Below, piece after piece: positions 46,404 to 57,624 of a DNA stretch of 64,000 bases. The stretch comes from Paramoeba atlantica (Eukaryota; Protista; Discosea): the NCBI GenBank assembly GCA_977017575.1, contig CDRNVI010000059.1:372001-436000 (forward strand), given 5' to 3'. The number at the start of each line of letters is the position of its first letter. The first letter of the stretch is position 1. The notes beneath the pieces were generated by a model, which saw nothing but the letters and a program-made list of their open reading frames with translations, searched no databases and was not told where the DNA came from. A program made the translations under genes and the position numbers.

Positions 46404-47290
46404 TTATTGCGGTGGTTGTAAACCTACCGCTCTACACTCGATTATTGAAAAAAAAGTGAACAAAAACAGTGAAAATATAAAGGGGAACACAGTAATATAA
46501 TAGAAGAAAAAAATATAAAAGGGGGCTCCGGTGGACCAAAACTGAAAAAAAAAATTGAAAAAAATGGGGGGTCCAGCGGGGGGGTCCAGGGGGGGGTCAT
46601 GGTCGAGCAAATTTTTTCGAAAAAATTAGTTTTCGAAAAACAACCGCAGAAGGGGTAGCCGGGGTCTTGGCGCGCATTTTCCACCCCCCTACCCGGGGGT
46701 GACCCCCCCGCGTATCCGCAGGACGGGTCCGCCAAGCTCGGATTTTTTCGGAAAAAAACGTTTGAAAACAAATTCAACTTGGCGAAAGAAATGACAAAAA
46801 AAATATTTTTCCAAAATCGTTTCCCCTATTGCATTTTGATAGTTTGGGACCTACACTGGCTTTCTCAGCAGTTGTTTTCGCAAGGTATCCCTTCTTCGAA
46901 CCGTGGTGCGCCCCTCCAAATGACCCATTTTTGACTAAAAAAGGTGAAAAAGTATTTTTCGGACCTAAAGGGGCATTTTTGTGTCGAAAGAATGGTATGG
47001 TTGGAGTCGTATTCTCTACCCAATACGTTCAGTAGGCTTTCATTCATGCCTACGAGTGATTTCCCACGCGCAAATGTCGGATTTAGTGCTCTGAGAGCAA
47101 AAATACGCGAAAATGACCCTACTTGTACCAGAAATTCGGCTATTTTTGGCTATAATCTTTCCGTTTTCCAGGCCAAATTTCCTTTTTTAGGCTCTTCGTT
47201 GAACGCGGCGGTAGTTTTCAACGCGAAGCGCGCAGCATGAGTGACTTCTAAGTTGAAAACAGCCACCGCGTTGAACGAAGAGCCTAAAAA
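46404..47290 (+). mobile_element. Family A element, copy A4, 18 bp upstream of the IS30 ATG
   Basis: TTATTGCGGTGGTTGTAAACCTACCGC ... GTTGAACGAAGAGCCTAAAAA. Confidence 0.85.
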
Positions 47291-47436
47291 TGCATCATCA
47301 GTGTGCATTATGCATTATCAGTGTGCATTATGCATTATCAGCGTGCATTATGCATTATCAGCGTGCATTATGCATTATCAGTGTGCATTATGCATTATCA
47401 GTGTGCGAGTTTTATGCATTATAAGTGTGCCTATAT
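47291..47436 (-). repeat. Inverted copy of the GCACACTGATAATGCAT minisatellite
   Basis: TGCATTATCAGTGTGCATTA units; terminal GTGTGCCTATAT is the reverse complement of ATATAGGCACAC at ~44624. Confidence 0.9.
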
Positions 47437-47555
47437 CCTCTTAGAGAGAGGCCGCCAGGAATATTGCGATGAGTGGATTTGAACTCGCCGTCTGAGCACC
47501 ATGTGCTTCAAACTTTGAGTTCTTGCCACTCCCCCACCTCCGCTTCTTGCCACTC

Positions 47556-48955
47556 CGCTTCTTGCTAGCACTGTGCGTGAGGGTAACACGTACTCTTTTC
47601 GTTCCTTTCTTATTTTCAAAGAAAGTACAACATTCGCAAATGCGTAATGTTTTGCCTCAGGCTTTGTTAGAGCCCTTTCAGCTGTCCCCAATTGCTATGA
47701 TCACCAATTGCTATCATGGCGGAAGTGGCGGAGTGGCAATAATTCAAAGTTTGAATCACATGGTGCTCAGACGGCGAGTTCAAACCCACTCATCGCAATA
47801 TTCCCGGCGGCCTCACTCTAAGAGGCTGGGCTGATAACCGACTAAGCCCAGTACTCGGAGGACCGTCCCGGACCCTCCCCTCAGGGAACCAGCTCCCTTA
47901 CCCGGCTTACACCTCTTGGGTAAGCCGTGTTGACGTACAGTTCGTCGACGCAGCGTGTTGGCAACAGCACGTTGGTGCCGCCTTGGACAAGCGGAAACTG
48001 GTAGAGGACGTCGGCCCCGGAACTTCCAAATCTGTCTGTGAAGGGTCTGGCTTGCCAGTGACCATCCGGAGCAATCCGGAAATGATGATCACCCTGGTGG
48101 GGAGGGGGGGGCAGGGGGTACCCATCGGAATTGTTGAAAAACTAGTTATTTTGTCATTCAATTTGATTCATACGTCTACCTTTTTTCCTTGCGCCTCCTC
48201 CTTCCTCTGCGGCCTTGCGTGTCACACACTTCCGGGTAAAGTTTGGCCTTTGTAGGTGTATTATCGGCACAGGGTGGAGAAATATCGAATGAAATCAAAG
48301 AGTATACAGGTATAGAAGGCTCGAAACTCTCAAAAAAGTGGTCTAGGAGTTGATTTGGGAAAAATATATTTTTTCACTTTCACCCATAAATTTTTAGTTT
48401 CTTTTTGCAAAATTTCAAAAATTGCTATGATCAGAACTAGTTATTTTGTCACTAAATTCGATTCATACATATTGGTGAAACGATATTTTGGTGAAACGAT
48501 ATCGGGCACGAAATCGGGCCACAAATCGGGTACGACGAATTAACCTATGGTAGCGAGGGAGTAGTGCAGATTGAAAGGGGCGAGGGAGATACGAAGCAAC
48601 AGGCGTGGCAGATTCCCACTGAAAAGAAATGGTATCTCCCCGCACGAAAAACGCCTTTTCGCTTTCTAGCTCGTAGACAAACTTCGTGCAGGGAGATACC
48701 ATTTCTTTTCAGTGGGAATCTGCCACACACAACAACAACAAAGACACTGATATTGAAATATCAGTTGACGGATTTGTAGTTCATACTAGTAACGAAGCAT
48801 ACAAAAATACAATATCACCTAGAATTTGCGCGGTGAAGCACCTTCCACAGCCCTGTCATCCATGTATCCTAGTTACTTTCTTTGGAAATGCCTCTTTAGG
48901 GCGAATGTGTCTTCCAGCAACTCGCCTTCATATTCATTTGACCTTCTGACCTGTT
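47556..48955 (+). repeat. Segmental duplication with ~56056-57853
   Basis: Colinear SINE-B, family C body, D hairpin and LINE 3' end; the second copy is ~400 bp longer, matching the nested SINE-B3 insertion. Confidence 0.85.
47718..48089 (+). mobile_element. SINE-B copy B1 (plus an inverted head fragment at ~47437-47545)
   Basis: A-box-like TGGCGGAGTGG, B-box-like GAGTTCAAACCC, structured core, TCCGGAGCAATCCGGA hairpin and GATGAT tail; 5' boundary uncertain. Confidence 0.65.
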
Positions 48956-49219
48956 AGAGGAAGTAAAGATAGCTGTCCTTTCTGTTAGTTACTCCAAATA
49001 CGATGCGTCGCATGCGATTTATTTGAGTTTCAATCTCCTGCAATTCCGATTGATTTAAATTCCAAGTTCCCGGATTGTAGTATACAACAGGCTGTACAAG
49101 CGTTTTGTATATTTGAAACTTACACAAAGCGGAAAGAGAAGAAGACCAAATTGCTTTAAGTTTATGCATTACGCTCCAACCGAGCCGTACTCTCTCGTTT
49201 GGATTTGACCCGCCGTCCT
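48726..49219 (-). pseudogene. Deleted LINE remnant (post-RT segment fused to a LINE 3' end)
   Basis: NERVRLGWSVMHKLKAIWSS...INRMRRIVFG; 48726-48955 matches the LINE 3' end at 57625-57853. Confidence 0.75.
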
Positions 49220-52061
49220 CCAACCAACAACCAACCAACCATCACTGGGATAATAAATTAATATGTCCCAGTTGAAAGCTTCACAAATTTCTCCTACCCA
49301 TAAAACACTTTGGCGGTGTCCACAAAACTAACATATTCACCAGAAGCTTTTCAAAAACATCTTGCAACAACTTCCATGTATCCTAATCATTCGAGGTGGA
49401 TGACGTTCCAGTACTTAGTCAAAGAATTGTGATATGAAATCGACTTTTCATTTTCAGCACAAACGGTTTACCTAATAAAACATTTTCACGCGAAACAACA
49501 GCATATCACCTTATCACACTATCCCTCACCTGTTCAGAAAATGCGATCAAGGGGGGTATGAGGGGGGTATCATTTCTTTGGTGTTCGTAATACGTTCTTA
49601 GTTCGCGATCTATCGTCTTTCCCCTGACCCTTTTCTGTCTTTTTGACGCAGTTCTCTCTTTTACTGAGTGTCAATGTGTTGTTGGACTGTACGCGTTCTT
49701 GTTATCTTGTGCATTTCGTTTCCGTTTCTATCTCTGTATGGTTGCCTTTGCTAACTGTCCTACTTTTTGGCAATATTTTTACGTGCTCACCATGGGTGCA
49801 TATTTGGCTAGAGGTAAGTTTGCGCTGCATTTTGCTGCCATTAGAATCACCATTGGTATGGTTTTTGCGCTTGTCTTCTGCATGAGGAATCTCGCCGTAG
49901 AATCTCAAGGCCTTTTCTCCCTTGCTTATTTTACTTGCTTGTTTAGCCACCCAGTCTGCCATATAATTATGTGGATTTTCGTTATGCGCTTTAACTTTTA
50001 CGCAGTAGAAGCGCTTTGTCCCTCTTAGCGAAATATATGTTTCTTGCAATTTTTGAAGTATAGCGCCTCCCTCAAACGATTTAAATCCTATGAATCTGAA
50101 CCTATGGATAGCTCCATGAAAGAAATCCCAAACATACTCAGAGTCCGTGTGCAAAATGACATCTCCATCGTAGGACAATGCGATGAGAAGAGCCTCGTGC
50201 GCGGCAAAGGATTCTATTTCCTGAATAGATTGAGAGAATTCATGATGAGGTTTTAACCCAAGAGATATAGAGGGCTCGCGGCGGCGTAGGCAGACTACCC
50301 CACAACCTGTGTGAGTTTCATCCTTTTTAACGATTCGTGCTCCATCTGTATAAATGTGTGTTTCATTTGGCCGGATTGGAAATGGTTGCCGCCCTTCTTC
50401 AATGTATTGCAGGGTTTCGTAGCACCCCTTGTTTACCCCCTTTACCAAAAGATTTTCCCATAGTTTTGAAGTTGTTTTAGTGTACGAGGGCCTGGGTTCA
50501 AGCTGATTTTGAAGATTTTCAAGTTTCTTGCACCATTGAGACCGATTTTGACCAAGTTTTAGAATCTCAGATACGTCAGAATGTAACTCTTTTGCACATC
50601 TTTCTGATAGCGAGGGCTTGGAACTCTCATCATTCGTTCTCCATAGTACGGCAGTTACGAATGGAGTAGGGTGACGAATAAGGTGGCCTACTAGCGAGGC
50701 ACGTTGCAATTGTATCACAGTATTGGGCTTTAGGTCAGTGGGGTAAAGAGAGTCTACTCTGCAATGCGCCTCTTTCGAGCACTTGACTCCCAATACGACC
50801 CTCCTCATTCTGTTTATTTGGACTTCCACTTCATGTAGCTCTTTCTGATTTAAATTCCAAGTCCCTGGATTAAAGTAGACCACTGATTGAACGAGGGACT
50901 TAAAGATGTGTAATTTGCTTTTTGGTGATATAGTAGAACTCCATATGGCTTTGAGTTTGTGCATTATTGCCCAACCTAATCGTACACGTTCTTGTGAGTT
51001 TGAGCTGCGATCCTCCTCGTTCTGAGTGCTACCCAAGTAGCGATAAGATGTAACTTTTGGTATATCGCCGAGTGTCGCTACTTGCAAAGGTCTTCCATCA
51101 TCCTTAACTTTACCTAGTGTCATCCATGCCGTTTTGTTTGGTCCGACATTTATTTTCAAATTAGCTTTTTCTGCGGAAGTTTTAAGTTTGTGCAACATTG
51201 TGCTTAGCTCCTCCTTGGATTCGGAGAAGAGAACTATATCATCAGCATAATTTATATCAGATACACGCAGTTCCTTTAGGCCTCTGCTCCTAGTTCCTGA
51301 GCTGTGTGTCACAAGCCCTAAGCGATTTATGTCGATAGATTCAACCAAAATACGATCAAGCACCATAATAAACAGGTATGGGGCCAGAACGTCACCTTGA
51401 AGAGTCCCCTGTAAAAGTGGAAATGAGTCTGTATTACCGTATGGTGTTTTCACGTGCGATTTGAGATCTTGATAAATACACATGATCGTAGAACTGAGAT
51501 TTTCGGGAATATCGAAAGCACGTAATGTCTCTTTTATCGCAGCGAATGATAATGAAGGAAAGGCTTGTTGAAAGTCGACGAAACAGACGAACACCCCAGC
51601 CCCTCGGCGCGATTTTTCCATTATTTCTAAAAACGTTGCCTGAGCGCCAGCTGTTGAGCGGTTAGGTCGAAATCCGAATTGATTCCCGCGAAGCGAACTT
51701 TCCACTGCTGGTTGTATTCTGTCTAAAATGATTCGATTCAAAATCTTCACTACATGATTCACAAGACAGATTGGTCTCCAATTTGTGAGTGAGCGCAAGT
51801 TACCTTTCTTTGGCAATGGGACCTGCAATATCGATTTCCAAGATTCATCCGCTTTTCCGGTTTTTTGTACTTCGTTCATTATATCCAGGAGAGCATTACG
51901 CAAGTCTTAATCAGCTGAAATAGCACGTAGAGATTCAACCGGGATATTATCATCGCCTGTAGCTTTTCCTGACTTAATCTTTACCATCGCAGCAGTTAGT
52001 TCCTCCACTCGAAATTCACCATCATCAATTTTTGCCAGTCGTTTTGGTGCAGTAGGTAAAC
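49220..52061 (-). mobile_element. Non-LTR retrotransposon (RT + RNase H), 5' part removed at element A5
   Basis: 733-aa ORF 51903-49702: WRPICL, NQFGFRP, FVDFQQAF, GTLQGDVLAP, YADD, YRYLG; RNase H IYTDGA / QEIESF / HTDSEY / AHNENPHNYMAD. Upstream in-frame KATGDDNIPVE beyond one TAA; (GGTT)n tail at 49220-49240. Confidence 0.92.
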
Positions 52062-52976
52062 TTATTGCGGTGGTTGTAAAACTACCGCTCTACACTCGAT
52101 TATTGAAAAAAAGTGAACAAAAACAGTGAAAATATAAAGAGGAACACAGTAATATAATAGAAGAAAAAAATATAAAAGGGGGCTCCGGTGGTCCAAAACT
52201 GAAAAAAAAATTTGAAAAAAATGGGGGGTCCAGGGGGGGGGTCCAGGGGGGGGGTCCAGGGGGGGGTCCAGGGGGGGGGGCATGGTCGATCAAATTTTTT
52301 CGAAAAAATTAGTTTTCGAAAAAAAACCGCAGAAAAGGGTAGCCGGGGTCTTGGCGCGCATTTTCCACCCCCCTACCCGGGGGGTGACCCCCCCGCGTAT
52401 CCGCAGGACGGGTCCGCCAAGTTCGGATTTTTTCGGAAAAAAACGTTTGAAAAAAAAATTCAACTCGGCGAAAAAAATGACAAAAAAAATATTTTTCCAA
52501 AATCGTTTCCCCTATTGTATTTTGATAGTTTGAGACCTACACTGGCTTTCTCAGCAGTTGCTTTCGCAAGGTATCCCTTCTTCGAACCGTGGTGAGCACC
52601 TCAAAATGACCCATTTTTGACTAAAAAAGGTGAAAAAGTATTTTTCGGACCTAAAGGGGCATTTTTGTATCGAAAGAATGGTATGGTTGGAGTAGCATTC
52701 TCTACCCAATACGTTCGGCAGGCTTCCATTCATGCCTTAGAGTGATTTCCCACGCGCAAATGTCGGATTTAATGCTCTGACAGCAAAAATACGCGAAAAT
52801 CACCCCAATTTTACCCGAAATTCGGCTATTTTTGGCTATAATCTTTCCGTTTTCCAGGCTAAATTTCCTTTTTTAGGCTCTTCGTTTAAACGCGGCGGTA
52901 GTTTTCAACGCGAAGCGCGCAGCATGAGTGACTTCTAAGTTGAAAACAACCACCGCGTTTTAACAAAGAGCCTAAA
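52062..52976 (+). mobile_element. Family A element, copy A5
   Basis: Both hairpin ends present; abuts the truncated LINE. Confidence 0.85.
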
Positions 52977-53015
52977 TATACAAGGACATATTTTTATTGT
53001 TATATTTTTTCTGTT

Positions 53016-53795
53016 TTATTGAGGGAGATACTACTCCCTCGCTACCGTAGGTTAATTCGCCGTGCCCGATTTCGTGCCCGATTTGTGGCCCGATTTCGTG
53101 CCCGGTGTCGTGCCCGATATGAGTTTTCGAAAAAAATGTTTACAAAGACGTATGTATCGAATTTAGACAAGATTACTAGTTTTTCAACAATTCCGATGGG
53201 TACCCCCTGCCCGCCCCACCTCCCCACCAGGGTGATAATAGCAATTTTTGAAATTTTGCAAAAAAAATTAAAAAATTTATGGGGTGAAAGTGAAAAAATA
53301 TATTTTTCTCAAATCAACTCCTAGACCGTTTTTTGAGAGTCTGTGGCCTGATATACGTGTATACGCTTTGGTTTCATTCGATATTTCTCCACCCTGTTCC
53401 GGTAATACACCTACAAAGGCCAAACTTTACCTGGAAGTGTGTGACACGCAAGGCCGATGAGGAAGGAGGAGGCGCAAGGCAAAAAGGCAGAAGGCGGAGC
53501 CTTTTGTCTTTTTGCCGCGGCGACGACGACTTCCTCGCGTGGGAAGCAGTAAAGCGCCATAGGTAGCATGTTCGGATGGCTATGTAATCCAGGCTAAAGT
53601 GGACGAGGGAGATACTAAAAGCACTTTTGGAAAACCACCTCGAAACTGGAACCGTATCTCCCGGTTTGTAGAGCATTCTGATGTGGCGAAAAGGTCTTTA
53701 ACGGGTGATACCGTTCCAGTTTCGAGGTGGTTTTCCAAAGTTCCAGTTTCCTAAAGTGCCTGTAGTATCTCCCTCGTCCACTTTAACCTGGATTA
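53016..53795 (+). mobile_element. Hairpin-ended element family C, copy C1
   Basis: TTATT-GAGGGAGATACTACTCCCTC small hairpin; long terminal hairpin with arms 53585-53616 and 53764-53795; body related to 48090-48566 and 56987-57464 (inverted). Confidence 0.7.
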
Positions 53796-53892
53796 TATTA
53801 CTGTGTCCCTCTTTATATTTTAACTGTTTTTGTTCACTTTTTTTTCAATAATCGAGTGTAGAGCGGTAGTTTTACAACCACCGCAATTTCTT

Positions 53893-54598
53893 TTTTAGGC
53901 TCTTTGTTAAACGCGGCGGTAGTTTTCAACGCGAAGCGCGCAGCATGAGTGACTTCTAAGTTGAAAACAACCACCGCGTTTAACAAAGAGCCTAAAAAAG
54001 GAAATTTAGCCTGGAAAACGGAAAGATTATAGCCAAAAATAGCCGAAATTCGGGTAAAATTGGGGTGATTTTCGCGTAGTTTTGCTCTCAGAGCACTAAA
54101 TCCGACATTTGCGCGTGGGAAATCACTCTAAGGCATGAATGGAAGCCTATTGAACGTATTGGGTAGAGAATGCGACTCCAACCATACCATTCTTTCGACA
54201 CAAAAATGCCCCTTTAGGTCCGAAAAATACTTTTTTCACCTTTTTTTAGTCAAAAATGGGTCATTTTGAGGTGCTCACCACGGTTCGAAGAAGTGATACC
54301 TTGCGAAAACAACTGCGGAGAAAGCTAGTGTAGGTCCCAAACTATCAAAATACAATAGGGGGAAACGATTTTGGAAAAGTATTTTTTTTGTCATTTTTTT
54401 AGCCCCGAGACCCCCCCACGGAGCCCCCCCAGATCCCCCATTTTTTTCAATTTTTTTTTTCAGTTTTGGACCACCGGAGCCCCCTTTTATATTTTTTTCT
54501 TCTATTATATTACTGTGTTCCCCTTTATATTTTCATTGTTTTAGTTCACTTTTTTTGCAATAATCGAGGTAGAGCGGTAGTTATACAACCACCGCAAT
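53893..54598 (-). mobile_element. Family A element, copy A6 (internally deleted; extra end fragment at 53796-53887)
   Basis: Both hairpin ends present. Confidence 0.8.
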
Positions 54599-54799
54599 GA
54601 AAAATTAGATAAAGTGGGACGATATATGGCAGCCCCCTGGGGGAAAAGAGATAAGCTTGTGAAGACAAGTGAGGTAAACTACGGAACAATGGCAAGTTGA
54701 ATGGCAAATTATGAAGATATAAAGAAGTCTGTACAACGAGGATTTGGCACCCTTACAAAGTTAATGCCACTCGTAAAATACAAGGAGCGTATAAGGAGA

Positions 54800-55620
54800 T
54801 TATTGCGGTGGTTGTAAAACTCCCGCTCTACCCTCGATTATTGAAAAAACAGTGAACAAAAACAGTGAAAATATAAAGAGGAACACAGTAATATAATAGA
54901 AGAAAAGCGGCTCCGGTGGTCCAAAACATTTTAAAAAAAATCGGACCCTTGGAGGGTCCATGGGGGGGGGGTCCAGTGGGGGTCATACCGCACGAATTTT
55001 TTTTGAAAAATTATTTTTCGAAACAAAATAGCAGAAGGGGTAGCCGGGGTCTTGGTGCGTATTTTCCACCCCCTACCCGGGGGTGACCCCCCCTCGTATG
55101 CGCAGGACGGGTCCGACAAGTTCGGATTTTTTCGGAAAAAAAATATGTAAAACAATTTCAACTTGGCGAAAAAATGGCAAGAAGAAATATTTTTCCAAAG
55201 TTGTTTCGCCTATGGTATTTTATCATTGGTCTACGTCCTTCTAGCATTCTACGTCATTGGTTTTGCGAGATGTCGCTTCTTGAAGCCGTGGTACGCCCCT
55301 CAAAATGACCGATTTTTGACCCAAAAAATGCGAAAAAGTAATTCTCTACCCAATACGGACTGTAGCCTCGAATGCATGCTTACGAGCGTTTTGCCACGAG
55401 CAAATGTCGAATTTAGTGCTCTAAGAGCAAAAATACTCAAAAATCACCCCAATTTTACCCGAATTTCGGCTATTTTTGGCTATAATCTTTCCGTTTATCG
55501 GGCTAAATTTTCTTTTTTAGGCTCTTCGTTAAACGCGGCGGTAGTTTTCAACGCGAAGCGCGCAGCATGAGTGATTTCTAAGTTGAAAACAACCACCGCG
55601 TTTAACGAAGAGACTAAAAA
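54800..55620 (+). mobile_element. Family A element, copy A7 (diverged)
   Basis: TTATTGCGGTGGTTGTAAAACTCCCGC ... GTTTAACGAAGAGACTAAAAA. Confidence 0.8.
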
Positions 55621-56211
55621 AGAATGAGTAGATCAACAATGCTTTTGGAGAGCAATGATGTACTTAAACAGCAATAATCAACTTAGTCTGAATCTTCTTG
55701 TTCATATGTCCACCAGGAATCTGGGAATTAGAGTCGGATAGTTCCTTCGATTTGAAAAAATTCAATATGGAACCATCTTTTAGGCCTTGGGGTAACGCCC
55801 GCTTGGGGCTTCAAACTTTGAATTTTGCCACTCTGCCACCTCCGCCTATGTACTCATACTTAAATGTACGATGTTCAGGGTTTTGATCGCCCTGTGTTGT
55901 GGCACATTTAGTAGCTCCAGTATGTGCCGCTTCATCAGGGGAACTGTCAGTTCCACCGGAATGTTCGCTTTGCACACTCTTTGCCGGTGTATAATTCACC
56001 TTCTTCAGCAACAAAGAGTTGCCATTGCTCGTAAATCTGAGCTGCGCGTTTGTGCTTCTTGCTAGCACTGCGTGAGGGTAACACGTACCCTTTTCGCTCC
56101 TTTCTTATTCTCAAAGAAAGTACAACATTCGCAAATGCGTAATGTTTTGCCTCAGGCTTTGTTAGAGCCTTTCGGCTGTCCCCAATTGCTATGATCACCA
56201 ATTGCTATCAT

Positions 56212-56986
56212 GGCGGAGGTGGCGCAGTGGCAATAATTCAAAGTTTGTATCACATGGTGCTCAGACGGCGAGTTCAAACCCACTCATCGCAATATTCCTG
56301 GCGGCCTCACTCTAAGAGGCTGGGCTGATAACCGACTAAGCCCAGTACTCGGAGGACCGTCCCGGACCCTCCCCTCAGGGAACCAGCTCCCTTACCCGGC
56401 TTACAGCTCTTGGGCAAGCTGTGTTGACGTACAGTTCGTCGACGCAGCGTGCTGGCAACAGCACGTTGGTGCCGCCTTGGACAAGCGGAAACCCCAAAAT
56501 CCAATCCAAATCATTCCGGATTGCTCCGGATGGTCACTGGCAAGCCAGGCCCTTCACAGACAGATTTGGAAGTTCCGAGGCCGACGTCCTCTACCAGTTT
56601 CCGCTTGTCCAAGGCGGCACCAACGTGCTGTTGCCAACACGCTGCGTCAACGAACTGTACGTCAACATGGCTTACCCAAGAGGTGTAAGCCGGGTAAGGG
56701 AGCTGGTTCCCTGAGGGGAGGGTCCGGGACGGTCCTCCGAGTACTGGGCCCAGTCGGTTCTCAGCCCAGCCTCTTAGAGTGAGGCCGCCAGGAATATTGC
56801 GATGAAGAGTGAGGCCGCCAGGAATATTGCGATGAGTGGGTTTGAACTCGCCGTCTGAGCACCATGTGCTTCGGCCACTAAACTAAGCGGAAACTGGTAG
56901 AGGACGTCGGCCTCCGGAACTTCCAAATCTGTCTGTGAAGGGTCTGGCTTGCCAGTGACCATCCGGAGCAATCCGGAAATGATGAT
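56212..56986 (+). mobile_element. SINE-B copy B2, interrupted by B3
   Basis: Colinear with B1 once 56493-56894 is removed. Confidence 0.75.
56493..56884 (-). mobile_element. SINE-B copy B3 nested antisense in B2, 10-bp TSD
   Basis: TSD AAGCGGAAAC at 56483-56492 and 56885-56894; (TTGGA)n tail; internal ~36-bp duplication near 56780-56815. Confidence 0.85.
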
Positions 56987-57624
56987 CACCCTGGTGGGGA
57001 GGGGGGTGGCAGGGGGTACCCATCGGAACTGTTGAAAAACTAGTTATTTTGTCATTCAATTTGATTCATACGTCTACCGTTTTTCCTTGCGCCTCCTCCT
57101 TCCTCTGCGGCCTTGCGTGTCACACACTTCCGGGTAAATTTTGGACTTTGTAGGTGTATTATCGGCACAGGGTGGAGAAATGTCGAATGAAATCAAAGAG
57201 TATACAGGTATAGAAGGCTCGAAACTCTCAAAAAAGTGGTCTAGGAGTTGATTTAGGAAAAATATATTTTTTCACTTTCACCCATAAATTTTTAGTTTCT
57301 TTTTGCAAAATTTCAAAAATTGCTATGATCAGAACTAGTTATTTTGTCACAAAATTCGATTCGTACATATTGGTGAAACGATATTTTGGTGAAACGATAT
57401 CGGGCACGAAATCGGGCCACAAATCGGGTACGACGAATTAACCTATGGTAGCGAGGGAGTAGTGCAGATTGAAAGGGGCGAGGGAGATACGAAGCAACAG
57501 GCGTGGCAGATTCCCACTGAAAAGAAATGGTATCTCCCCGCACGAAAAACGCCTTTTCGCTTTCTAGCTCGTAGACAAACTTCGTGCAGGGAGATACCAT
57601 TTCTTTTCAGTGGGAATCTGCCGC

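Noticed and set aside
47830-47865. Alu/7SL-like stretch CCCAGTACTCGGAGG
   Set aside because: Short match with no SRP helix 8 motif and absent from SINE-A.
54599-54799. Possible degenerate RT fragment (EDIKKSVQRGFGTLTKL)
   Set aside because: Too short and interrupted by a stop; resemblance to the post-RT region is only suggestive.
56280-56830. Foldback transposon explanation for the long palindrome
   Set aside because: Fully explained by antisense SINE-B nesting with a 10-bp TSD.
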